Below are positions 8,078 through 17,598 of a stretch of DNA of 64,000 nucleotides, piece by piece. The notes under the pieces were generated by a model. The model was not told the origin of the DNA and did not search any database. It saw nothing but the letters and a program-made list of their open reading frames with translations. A program made the position numbers and the translations under genes. Positions within the stretch are counted from its first letter, which is position 1; each line of letters starts with the position of its first letter. Where the stretch lies: NCBI GenBank assembly GCA_963674785.1, contig OY771555.1, positions 320,001-384,000 of the forward strand. Reading direction: 5' to 3'. The DNA is from Caldisericia bacterium. GTDB taxonomy: Bacteria; Caldisericota; Caldisericia; JAAYUI01.

Positions 8078-11000
8078 ATGAAAATTATTCTTGCAATTAT
8101 CATAACGGTTATTTCTGTTATATCACCAATAGGTGATATCGAAACTACAGATAACCCAACACTTGACCCCGTTTTTTCCGAGTTTGCACCATCATTCGAT
8201 GACACCTTGTCCTTTGAGAACATCCCACAAGATGGATGGGGAGAACATACATATCCTCATATCTGGTTATCTATGAATGAGGGGAAGCAAAAAAAATTCC
8301 ACCTGGGTTATTACAAAGGTAATATCGACTTTGATGGACATGGCTTGGTTTTTTTACAAATCGGTGCGGCCAACTATCTATCCAAACTTTGGGTAAACGG
8401 AAACCCAGCCGGAACACACATGGGAGGATTCCTTCCATTTGAGTTTGATATTACTGAACTCCTTCATGAGGGACAAAATGAAGTCATACTGGGTGTGAGG
8501 GACTATACAGCTTGTTTTAACCCCAACATTGAAAATCCAACCCTTGAAACAGATGATGCTCTTATTTTTCCGATAGGCTCAGCAATTCAGCTTGCAGGTC
8601 TATGGCTTCCATCAAAAATCATCAGAAGACCGCGATTGTATGTTTCAAATTGCTGGATAGATACAAATTTGACTGAGAAGAGTGTCGCAATCAAAGTCGA
8701 TGTCAATTCGAAGCTTCCCGAGGAAATTGATTGCGATGTCTCATGCCATATTGAGTTGTTGTCAGGTGAGAAAATCCTCGATCTTGGAACATCAAAAATC
8801 ACCATCGCAAGGAATTGTGGTGTTGCAGATTTTTCTAAAGAATGGACAAACCCAAAACTCTGGAGTCCAGAGAATCCGAATCTTTACAGATGCGTAATCA
8901 GGATATTTCTAGAAAACACTGTAATTGATGAAAAGATCGAACAATTTGGATTCCGAGAATTCAAAATTGTGGGCTCAGATTTCTATCTGAATGGCACAAA
9001 AATCCACCTTCGAGCAGCATCAAAGCATCTTTGGAATCGGGGTAACATTACAGCACCGATAGACCTTTTTGCCAAGAGTCTGATTAATGAGGCAAAATCT
9101 TTGAATTGTAATACGCTTCGGCTTCATGCAAACCCATTCCCAGAGGTTTTTCTAAAATACGCTGATGAAAAAGGAATCCTGATTGTGAATGAATCGGCCG
9201 CATTCACAAGGGGTAATTTTTATGATCTTGATTCAGAGCTCTTTTGGCTAAACCTCAGAAATAACTGGGATGATCAGATTGAAAGAGACTATAACCATCC
9301 ATCCTGGGTGATCGCATCAATTGAAAACGAGTTGCTTCTTTCTGGTGGAAAAAATTCAGAAAAAGCAGAGGAAAAACTTGTAAGACTGGGTAAATATGTA
9401 AAAGAGATGTCAAAAAGGCATATCATGTTTGAGGGAGACGGTGACCCAGGTGGATCATCCGACATAATCAATCTGCACTACAGCTATGAACCAACAGCAC
9501 ACCACACCTATCCACAGGGAGCATTTTTCCTTGATAGTGAATTCCTCATCCAATCATATCCCAGAGAAAATTTCAAATGGAACAGGGAAAAACCAATCTA
9601 CATAGGTGAATTTCTGTGGCTTCCAGATGTAGTACATGCCGGGGCTGTTGCTCTTGGTGACAGCTTCCTTGATGATACCTACAATAACAGACTGCTTGCA
9701 AAATCAAAGCTTTTTGAGTTCTACGTAAAAGCATTCAGATTGCAGGGAGTGTCTGCCATGAATCCATGGAACCCTCTTGAGGATTTCACAGATGAAAACA
9801 CAACTGTCCCAGAGACGACAAAAGAGCTTTTTAAACCAGTCAGATTCTTTGTTTCTCAGGTTGATGTCCATCATTTCGAGAGAAGAGAGTTATTCAAGAC
9901 AATCACAATTCAAAACTGGTCTGAAAAACCAAAAACCCTGAGCTTTAAATGGGAATTTGAGAAACAATCTGGAAGCTGGGAAGGGCTTCTAAACCCATAC
10001 GAAGAAAAGATGATGAATATCAAATTGGATTTACCCGAGACAAAAGAAAAAACATCACAAAACCTTATGATGACTTTGTTATCTGGTGTTGAGGTACTCC
10101 ACCAAGAATCACAAGAGATACTCATATACCCAGAAAAATCTGCAGAATCAGAATTTGTGCTTGTAGGAAAAAACAGAAGTTTTGAAGAAGACCTGAGGAA
10201 TCTGGGTTATAGATTTGAAACATATCAAAATCTGACGGAGCTTACAGAAAAAGGCAAATCCAATCTTCCAGTTGTTTTTGCCCCAAATTCGTTTGAGGAA
10301 AATGACCAAATCCAGGAACTGCTAGCGAAAAATCAAAAGAAATACTTGGTTCTTTATCCACAGAAAGAAGACCCTATCGACATCTTAAGCTCAATGAATG
10401 ATACCGATTTCGCAAAGGTATTCCCTCAAAATGGGTTTACAATAACAAGCTGGGTCAGAGATTTTGGTGACTTTAAAACTTATGAACTAATGGAGTTTTT
10501 TGCTGGGGATAATATAATTGCAAAAGACGCGTTTTCTCTTACACCAAACTTCCCAATGATACCGGTTCTTGCTGCCGACTCCGGCTACAAACAATTCTAC
10601 CCAATTCTTGAAGTTCCTGGATTTGGATTTGTTTCATCAATTGCGTTTTCTGAAAAAATGAGTTCTGAACCAAGATGTTCAATTATTTTTTCAGAGCTTA
10701 TTTCTTCCCTCTCAGACACAGATGAGCCTAAAAGCATTGCACTCATAAGCGATGAATCTGGAAAAGAGATTCTTAAAAAAAACGGTTTTGCCGCTAATGG
10801 AAAACCTGGTGAAGAAGCTGTTTATTATTTCAAGAACACAACTCAACTTACAGAATCAGCTATAAAAAAAATGAATGCTGGCTCAACAATAATTTTGGAC
10901 AGATTCAATGAGGATGAACTGAAAAAACTTGGGATTGATTGCAATATTATCTCAACACCAAAGCTCTTTTCTCCAGAGATTAAGTTAAACAAAAGCATTT

Positions 11001-11302
11001 TCCCGTCACTTACACATGGAATGATTACCGATTCAACCAGATTCAAATTCCATTTCATGCAACTGAATATGAATCCGCTTGGAGATAGTCTGATATCGGA
11101 AATATCAAAAACTGATTATGATATCAGATGGGTTGTTCCCAACTATCTGGCTTTGCTGTCATCAAACTCTAAACCAAACTTCCTCATAAACATGATGGAA
11201 TGGGGTGACGAACGGATGATCCCACTTCACTCAATCCTGATTGACCTTGGAGTTGATACCCAATTTGAAGAAACAATGAAAAATAACAACAAACAGGATT
11301 GA
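8078..11302 (+). CDS. Secreted glycoside hydrolase family 2 protein
   Basis: H.GGFLPFEFDIT, LWSPENPNLY, FGFREF, FYLNG, LRLH, ENE (acid/base) and GEF (nucleophile) motifs. Confidence 0.9.
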   Translation: MKIILAIIITVISVISPIGDIETTDNPTLDPVFSEFAPSFDDTLSFENIPQDGWGEHTYPHIWLSMNEGKQKKFHLGYYKGNIDFDGHGLVFLQIGAANYLSKLWVNGNPAGTHMGGFLPFEFDITELLHEGQNEVILGVRDYTACFNPNIENPTLETDDALIFPIGSAIQLAGLWLPSKIIRRPRLYVSNCWIDTNLTEKSVAIKVDVNSKLPEEIDCDVSCHIELLSGEKILDLGTSKITIARNCGVADFSKEWTNPKLWSPENPNLYRCVIRIFLENTVIDEKIEQFGFREFKIVGSDFYLNGTKIHLRAASKHLWNRGNITAPIDLFAKSLINEAKSLNCNTLRLHANPFPEVFLKYADEKGILIVNESAAFTRGNFYDLDSELFWLNLRNNWDDQIERDYNHPSWVIASIENELLLSGGKNSEKAEEKLVRLGKYVKEMSKRHIMFEGDGDPGGSSDIINLHYSYEPTAHHTYPQGAFFLDSEFLIQSYPRENFKWNREKPIYIGEFLWLPDVVHAGAVALGDSFLDDTYNNRLLAKSKLFEFYVKAFRLQGVSAMNPWNPLEDFTDENTTVPETTKELFKPVRFFVSQVDVHHFERRELFKTITIQNWSEKPKTLSFKWEFEKQSGSWEGLLNPYEEKMMNIKLDLPETKEKTSQNLMMTLLSGVEVLHQESQEILIYPEKSAESEFVLVGKNRSFEEDLRNLGYRFETYQNLTELTEKGKSNLPVVFAPNSFEENDQIQELLAKNQKKYLVLYPQKEDPIDILSSMNDTDFAKVFPQNGFTITSWVRDFGDFKTYELMEFFAGDNIIAKDAFSLTPNFPMIPVLAADSGYKQFYPILEVPGFGFVSSIAFSEKMSSEPRCSIIFSELISSLSDTDEPKSIALISDESGKEILKKNGFAANGKPGEEAVYYFKNTTQLTESAIKKMNAGSTIILDRFNEDELKKLGIDCNIISTPKLFSPEIKLNKSIFPSLTHGMITDSTRFKFHFMQLNMNPLGDSLISEISKTDYDIRWVVPNYLALLSSNSKPNFLINMMEWGDERMIPLHSILIDLGVDTQFEETMKNNNKQD

Positions 11303-11360
11303 CATTGGATGAAATGAGTACTAAGTTCAAAGAACAATTTTCGGAGGAGTCATAGAAAAA

Positions 11361-12533
11361 ATGATCGATGAAAAAATATATGTCGCATCAGAATCAGTGA
11401 CAGAAGGTCATCCAGACAAGGTTTGTGATTCTATTTCGGATGCAGTTTTGGATAAGATTTTATCTCATGACAAAAAAGCACGTGTTGCCTGTGAGACATT
11501 TGTTGGTCTTGGGCTCATACTTGTTGGTGGGGAGATAACAACAGATACGTACGTTGACCTGCACTCGATTGTAAGAGACAGACTCACTCAAATCGGATAC
11601 ACAGAACCATGGCTCAAATTCACAGCAAACACTGTGGGTGTGTTAAATGCGATTGGACATCAATCACCAGATATTGCCCAGGGAGTAGACACTGGTGGGG
11701 CTGGAGACCAGGGAATGATGTTTGGTTTTGCAACAAAAGAAACACCGGAACTCATGCCAATGCCGATTCATTATGCACACAAAATCACAAAAAGACTATC
11801 GGACGTAAGAAAAGATGGCACTATCCCATGGCTTGGTCCAGATGGGAAAAGTCAGGTTGTAGTTGAATATGTCAATGGTAAACCAACAAAGATAAAATCA
11901 ATAGTTCTTAGTGCTCAGCATAATGAAGATGTACTTGATAAAAACGATCCATCTCAGATTTCAATGGATGCTAAAGAGCTCCTGAAAAAAGAAGTGATAT
12001 CGAAGGTAATTCCTGATGAACTTCTCTGCAAGGATGTAATATACTACATCAATCAGACTGGAAAATTTGTTGTTGGTGGCCCGGTTTCAGATGCTGGAGT
12101 TACCGGAAGAAAAATAATAGTCGATACCTATGGTGGCGCATGCCCTCATGGTGGTGGAGCATTCTCTGGGAAAGACCCGACAAAGGTTGACAGGTCTGCA
12201 GCCTACATGACTAGATACATCGCAAAAAACATAGTAAAAGCTGGGCTTGCAGACGTTTGCCAGGTTGAGATTTCTTATGTGATTGGAAGAGCCGATCCAA
12301 CCCATTTTGCCGTGAGGACTTTTGGGACTGGAAAAGTCAGCAGTAAAACCCTCGAAGATACTGTTGAGGAACTTGTTGATCTCAGACCTCGTGGAATTAT
12401 CGAACACCTAGACCTTCTCAGACCAATATACTCCTTCTCAACAAACTATGGCCATTTTGGTCGTGAGATTCCTGAACTTACCTGGGAGGATACCTCCTGG
12501 CTTGCACCAAAACTTGCTGAGAAACTACTTTGA
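11361..12533 (+). CDS. metK: S-adenosylmethionine synthetase
   Basis: [17 protein letters not shown] and [19 protein letters not shown] signatures. Confidence 0.99.
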   Translation: MIDEKIYVASESVTEGHPDKVCDSISDAVLDKILSHDKKARVACETFVGLGLILVGGEITTDTYVDLHSIVRDRLTQIGYTEPWLKFTANTVGVLNAIGHQSPDIAQGVDTGGAGDQGMMFGFATKETPELMPMPIHYAHKITKRLSDVRKDGTIPWLGPDGKSQVVVEYVNGKPTKIKSIVLSAQHNEDVLDKNDPSQISMDAKELLKKEVISKVIPDELLCKDVIYYINQTGKFVVGGPVSDAGVTGRKIIVDTYGGACPHGGGAFSGKDPTKVDRSAAYMTRYIAKNIVKAGLADVCQVEISYVIGRADPTHFAVRTFGTGKVSSKTLEDTVEELVDLRPRGIIEHLDLLRPIYSFSTNYGHFGREIPELTWEDTSWLAPKLAEKLL

Positions 12534-12564
12534 TAAGTATTTGTATTATTAACTGAGGTAAAAC

Positions 12565-13572
12565 ATGAAAAAAAATATAGCATTGTTGGTGATATGTATC
12601 CTTGTTCTTTCGTTTCTGACGGTTTCTTGTGGAAAAGATGAAACATCTGTAACAAAGAATCCAGGTGAAAAAACTGTCGGAGACTACACATACAAAGAAC
12701 CCGAAGTAAAAGCAGTTGATGAGACACCCACGATTGAATCTCAGCTTGCAAGCAATGAAGTAGACGAGACCGGTAGAGCAGAGGTTGACACAAGATATGT
12801 ACCAGGAAAAGGTGCTGTCTCAATTCCATCGACTTTAAAAGTGCATTTACTCGATCTTCCTGGGAATCCTGTTTTGATACACGATAAAACCTTTGCAATC
12901 CTTTACGGCGCAAGCAATAGCGAGAATGGACAAGAAGTAGCCAACTACCTCAAGCAAGAAGAGGTTGAAGGTTTGAAATATATGCTGATCCCATCAAATG
13001 ATCCAGAGTCATTTGGGGGAATCCCGACAGTATTGTCTGAAATCCCAACTGGGTACCTCTGTGGCTTCGGTTACAGATCAGGGGCAGACATCCGCAATCT
13101 CTATATCGAGGCAACCAAGAATAAAGCTTTCAGAGAAGACAAAAGCGCTGGGGCAATCTGGTACGAAAACGGTACAGAATTCGAGATTCTATACCCAATG
13201 AGTTCTGATTTGACAGATGATCCAACTGACTCAACAATGGTTTTAAGATTCCAAAAAGGTAACATTTCTTTTCTCGTTACAGGTGATATTTCAGAAAAAG
13301 CTGAAAGGAAAATGCTTGAGCGAAGAAAACTTCGCCCTACAGATATTTTGATTGCAACCAATGGTGCACCCGAAGGAAGCATGAGCGAAGATTTCCTAAA
13401 AATCCTAGACCCAAAAGAAATCATTGTCGGTAGAAGAGGTGAAGGTGAAAACCTTGAGGCAATACCAGGGGATCCAAAAATGGTTGAGGAACTTGGCGAT
13501 ATTGTCATGCAGTGTAATGGTAAGAAATACTCATATCTAATGCTGCCTGATGAGGAGCAGAAAACCCCTTAA
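12565..13572 (+). CDS. Lipoprotein with a degenerate ComEC/Rec2-like metallo-beta-lactamase fold
   Basis: Lipobox TVSC; 'STMVLRF...SFLVTGDI...AE' ComEC-like segment; His motifs missing. Confidence 0.7.
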   Translation: MKKNIALLVICILVLSFLTVSCGKDETSVTKNPGEKTVGDYTYKEPEVKAVDETPTIESQLASNEVDETGRAEVDTRYVPGKGAVSIPSTLKVHLLDLPGNPVLIHDKTFAILYGASNSENGQEVANYLKQEEVEGLKYMLIPSNDPESFGGIPTVLSEIPTGYLCGFGYRSGADIRNLYIEATKNKAFREDKSAGAIWYENGTEFEILYPMSSDLTDDPTDSTMVLRFQKGNISFLVTGDISEKAERKMLERRKLRPTDILIATNGAPEGSMSEDFLKILDPKEIIVGRRGEGENLEAIPGDPKMVEELGDIVMQCNGKKYSYLMLPDEEQKTP

Positions 13573-13575
13573 GCA

Positions 13576-13604
13576 TTGACTAAGCTCTGTCATTCAAGTA
13601 GTAT
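13576..13604 (+). promoter_or_regulatory. Sigma70-type promoter of the TPR-roadblock-rsmI-sbcDC operon
   Basis: TTGACT-17 nt-TAGTAT, ending 8 nt before the GTG start. Confidence 0.65.
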
Positions 13605-13612
13605 TACCATTT

Positions 13613-15082
13613 GTGGATAAAGATTTAGAAGTCTCAATCAAGATTGCGGAGAGATCACCATACAGGCTTTCACTTAAGGTGATTGTTTCCGGCTCTGCCA
13701 TGAGTCAGGGAGAGCTTGATGTCTCATACAGACTTCTGATGGAATGCCTCACATTTCTCCCGGGATACCTGCCAGCTCAAAGATTGATTTCTGTAAACAG
13801 AGTTCTTGCAAGGGACAATGAAGCTGCTCTTCAAGAATTCAACCACCTTCTTTCTCTAAATCCCTCATCTGAGATTGGAATGTTCGGTTCATCCATACTC
13901 CTTATTGAGTCGGGAAGGGGTCAGCTTGCAAGAGAGAACCTGCTTGAGCTCACCGAACACGGCATCTTTGGTGAGACCGCCAAAAAGCTTTTACATACTA
14001 TTGATAATGATGAAGGTTTATCCGACTCCAATTATAAAAAACAAGCCTCAGTACTGATACGAGAACACGAAAAAACAGCGCACGACATGCTCAAAGAGCT
14101 TGGGAATGGCTCTGAAAACATCCGGCTAAAACTTGTTTTAGCCGAGCTTCTGCTTGACCGAGGCGAAAAGAAAACGGCCATGGGCATACTAAGACGGTTG
14201 AAGGATAGCCACCCTAACTACCCAGACCTTCTAAGTATTCTTGCAAAACTGACAGGGAACGAAAACTCAGAAAAGGCAAGCTTCATATACCAGACTATTC
14301 TTGATATTCAACCAACATACCCTCTATCTGATGAAGTCATGTCATCACTAGATTTGAGATATGGCAACATGGACGATATTCCTGCAATCTCGGAACTTGA
14401 CACATGGTGCGAGACTGTACTAGTGCAGTACGCAAATCAGCATGTTATCCCAGGCTACGTTCCACCAAAAACTCCAAAAAAAGTGGAGCCTATTGAACAG
14501 TTAAAGGTGGAAACTGAAGAAATCCCAGTAAACTCAGATCCTGTTGTTTTTGTTAGTGATCCAACAGAAGAAACTCAGGAAGAAGCCAGGGAAATAGTCG
14601 CTGAAACCAAAGAAGAACCGAAAAAAGAAGTCGAACTTGACCTTAATTCAGTTGACTCTCATCAACTCCAAAGAGCTCGAACAATACTTGAGCAAGCAAG
14701 AAAAATCCTTGACCAAACAAAAAATGCACCTGCAAAAGAAACTCCCACAAAAGAACCTGAGAAGATAAAACAAACTGAAAAAGAATCGATTATACCAGAA
14801 CAAATAAAACCCCAGATAGAAGAGATAAAACAGGTCGAGGAAGTCGTCATGCCTGATACATCAGTTCCAACTCAACCTGAAACCAAAGAAGAGATATTTT
14901 ATGATGAGGAAGAAACGTTTTTCGATGAAAACATCCCGCAAAGGATAGTGCTTCCAACATCTGAAACTGAAAACGAATATTCGGAAGAGAGTGCCTGGAA
15001 TCTGCTCAAAGAAGGACAGGCTGAGGAAGCTTTCTTTATGTTTTCAAAACTGATACAAAAAATGACAGGAAGTGACGACTGA
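13613..15082 (+). CDS. TPR-repeat protein with an acidic, Pro/Glu-rich C-terminal region
   Basis: Helical TPR-like repeats (e.g. HPNYPDL) followed by a low-complexity tail. Confidence 0.75.
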   Translation: MDKDLEVSIKIAERSPYRLSLKVIVSGSAMSQGELDVSYRLLMECLTFLPGYLPAQRLISVNRVLARDNEAALQEFNHLLSLNPSSEIGMFGSSILLIESGRGQLARENLLELTEHGIFGETAKKLLHTIDNDEGLSDSNYKKQASVLIREHEKTAHDMLKELGNGSENIRLKLVLAELLLDRGEKKTAMGILRRLKDSHPNYPDLLSILAKLTGNENSEKASFIYQTILDIQPTYPLSDEVMSSLDLRYGNMDDIPAISELDTWCETVLVQYANQHVIPGYVPPKTPKKVEPIEQLKVETEEIPVNSDPVVFVSDPTEETQEEAREIVAETKEEPKKEVELDLNSVDSHQLQRARTILEQARKILDQTKNAPAKETPTKEPEKIKQTEKESIIPEQIKPQIEEIKQVEEVVMPDTSVPTQPETKEEIFYDEEETFFDENIPQRIVLPTSETENEYSEESAWNLLKEGQAEEAFFMFSKLIQKMTGSDD

Positions 15083-15414
15083 TGAGCCTTGAAAAAATCG
15101 AGAGCCTGAACGGGTTTAGGGATTTATTAATCCTTGACTCTGATGGCAAAATCGAATACCAAAACTCAAGGAAGAAATCGATCATCACCCCTGGTGTTCT
15201 TTCGGGATACCTCGCATCGGCATTTACAATTGCCGAAAACACATCTCTTGCCTTTGTTGGAAGCTCAATGGAGCTTTCCTTTGATGGAGAGAATGGTTCT
15301 GTTCTTGTGATGCACAGCGGAACCCATTATTTTTTCTTGATACTTGATGGAACACCGTCAATGGGAATCGCAAGACTCAAATTACGTGAGCTTGTGGATG
15401 AGTATGAATCATGA
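15082..15414 (+). CDS. Roadblock/LC7 (MglB-like) protein
   Basis: 110 aa; LILDSDG and 'MGIARLKL' roadblock pattern. Confidence 0.75.
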   Translation: MSLEKIESLNGFRDLLILDSDGKIEYQNSRKKSIITPGVLSGYLASAFTIAENTSLAFVGSSMELSFDGENGSVLVMHSGTHYFFLILDGTPSMGIARLKLRELVDEYES

Positions 15415-16103
15415 GTGGCACACTCTATATATGCTCGACCCCAATTGGAAATCTAGATGACGCATCCCCAAGACTCATAGAAACATTATCTAAATCGTCA
15501 TTGATTCTTGCAGAGGATACAAGAAGAACTCAGAAACTTCTTTCCAAATTTGGTCTTCATGTTCAACTCGAATCATTTTTTGAACATAATGAGAGAATCA
15601 AAGCCGACAAGGTTTTATCGATTCTTGCTGGTGGTTCTGATGTCTCTCTGGTTTCTGATGCCGGTGTACCAACAATTGCAGACCCAGGACAACACCTTGT
15701 TGATATGGCAAGAAACAATGGATATGATGTAATCCCAATCCCTGGCCCATCTGCAATAATGGCAGCCCTTTCTGTTTCTGGATTCTTTGCTCAGACATTC
15801 ACGTTTAGAAATTTCCTTCCCAGAAAAAAAGGTGCGATGACAAAGGTCATCGAAGAAATTGCTGCTGAAAAAAGGACAACTGTTATCCTTGAATCCCCCC
15901 AAAGGCTTTCAAAACTGCTTGAGGTCATCAATCTCATAATGCCAACATGTATGGTCTTTGTTGGGCGCGAGATGACCAAAAAACACGAAGAATACCTCAG
16001 AGGAACTCCAAAAAAATTGCTTGATGAAATCGGTGGAAGGGTACTGAAGGGCGAAATCACGGTCGTAATTGGTTTTGACCCACTTCTTGATTCAGATGAT
16101 TAA
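15411..16103 (+). CDS. rsmI: 16S rRNA C1402 2'-O-methyltransferase
   Basis: TPIGNL, AEDTR, VSDAG.P.IADPG, PGPSA, ESP.R and REMTKKHEE motifs. Confidence 0.96.
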   Translation: MSGTLYICSTPIGNLDDASPRLIETLSKSSLILAEDTRRTQKLLSKFGLHVQLESFFEHNERIKADKVLSILAGGSDVSLVSDAGVPTIADPGQHLVDMARNNGYDVIPIPGPSAIMAALSVSGFFAQTFTFRNFLPRKKGAMTKVIEEIAAEKRTTVILESPQRLSKLLEVINLIMPTCMVFVGREMTKKHEEYLRGTPKKLLDEIGGRVLKGEITVVIGFDPLLDSDD

Positions 16104-17598
16104 AATCCTCCATACTGCAGACCTGCATCTTGGAGTTGAAACATATGGAAAAACTGATGCGGGGGGAATAAACAGTAGAATCCTTGATTATCTCGTGATG
16201 CTTGATGAGTTGGTCGAAAATGCAATCTCCCAAAATTATGATGTTTTCCTGATTGCAGGCGATGTTTTTGAAAACGAAAGACCAAAAAACTTTGTGGTGT
16301 CAGAGTTTTCAAAAAGAATCAGAACACTTCTTGATGCTGGAGTTGCCGTTGTCATCACTCCTGGCAATCACGAAACAACCTCATCTGTACGTGTACCATC
16401 TGTTCTTGAGACAATAAAAGCACTTGAACCCACAAGCCACACCGGAATCAATATCGCTTGTCACGTTTTAGGAAGACAACCCGAGTTTCCAGGAGACACA
16501 GAAACACTTGGTGATATAAGCATAATTGACACTAAGTCTGGTAAACTCCAGATTCTTGCAATGCCATATCCAAGACGCTCCGAACTTTTGACCGCATCTG
16601 AACTTAAAAATTCAAAAAGGGATGAAGGGAAAAACCTCGCAAGCAAAAGATTCCTTGATAGGATTAATGAGCTTTCGGATTCAGCCGAAAGCAAACTACC
16701 CTCTATTTTTGTTGGTCATTTTGGTTTAAAAGAGGCACACATGCAACCAGGGAGAATGGGTTATCTTGCAGAAGATGTTGTACTCTCACTCTATGATCTG
16801 ATAATTGCACTTGATGACGGAGACGCAAAATTCTCATACATCGCCCTCGGTCACTATCATAACCCTCAGATGCCAACAACAAATCTTTCACCATCAATTA
16901 CATCGGAAAACCTTGATGGTGAAGAGGACTCAAGACTTGGGATAATTCCTTGTCAGGCGTGGGAAAAGGATTTCTCAGAATCAATTCTCAAACCTGATGA
17001 TTCACTTTTTGATGAAAGAAAAAAACCAGTGCGGCTAATCAAAACAGCTTATTCAGGATCACCTGGAAGGAAAGATTTCACAGATGGTTCAAGGGTCAGA
17101 AATTTTATCGAACTGAATGTCGATTCTGACACGAGTTGGGGTAGATGCAGAAAACTTACAAAATCAAGGCAACTTCGCCAATTAACGCTTCAAAAACCAG
17201 AAAACTACAAGGAAGAGCTTGAAGAAAAATTCTTTTCATCAAACTTCTGGAGTGATATTTACGTTGCCGGCACAAACTCAGAAACACCTGAGGAAACCGA
17301 AGAAAAAATCGGCTTTCCCCTGCCGATCTTCAGACTGAAAATCCCAGAAAGTGCAAGACGTGAATGGGATTTAATCAAGTTCTGGCTTGTTTCTCTTAAT
17401 ATGTTTCAAAGGGTTCTGGTATACATCATTCCTGATGAAAAAAAAGTTTCCAGAGGGGAGATAATCCCAACATCTGAATCTCCAGTTTCAGCAATCAGTA
17501 AATATATTGATAATCTGGATGATGATTTTTCCAAAAAAAACAAGGGCAAAATTTTGGAACTGGCACAGGAAATCCTTGTTAGGGCAGGTGGCGATTGA
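16096..17598 (+). CDS. sbcD: SbcD/Mre11 nuclease
   Basis: HTADLHLG, AGDVF, PGNH, LGHYH and YSGS motifs; adjacent to sbcC. Confidence 0.92.
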   Translation: MIKILHTADLHLGVETYGKTDAGGINSRILDYLVMLDELVENAISQNYDVFLIAGDVFENERPKNFVVSEFSKRIRTLLDAGVAVVITPGNHETTSSVRVPSVLETIKALEPTSHTGINIACHVLGRQPEFPGDTETLGDISIIDTKSGKLQILAMPYPRRSELLTASELKNSKRDEGKNLASKRFLDRINELSDSAESKLPSIFVGHFGLKEAHMQPGRMGYLAEDVVLSLYDLIIALDDGDAKFSYIALGHYHNPQMPTTNLSPSITSENLDGEEDSRLGIIPCQAWEKDFSESILKPDDSLFDERKKPVRLIKTAYSGSPGRKDFTDGSRVRNFIELNVDSDTSWGRCRKLTKSRQLRQLTLQKPENYKEELEEKFFSSNFWSDIYVAGTNSETPEETEEKIGFPLPIFRLKIPESARREWDLIKFWLVSLNMFQRVLVYIIPDEKKVSRGEIIPTSESPVSAISKYIDNLDDDFSKKNKGKILELAQEILVRAGGD

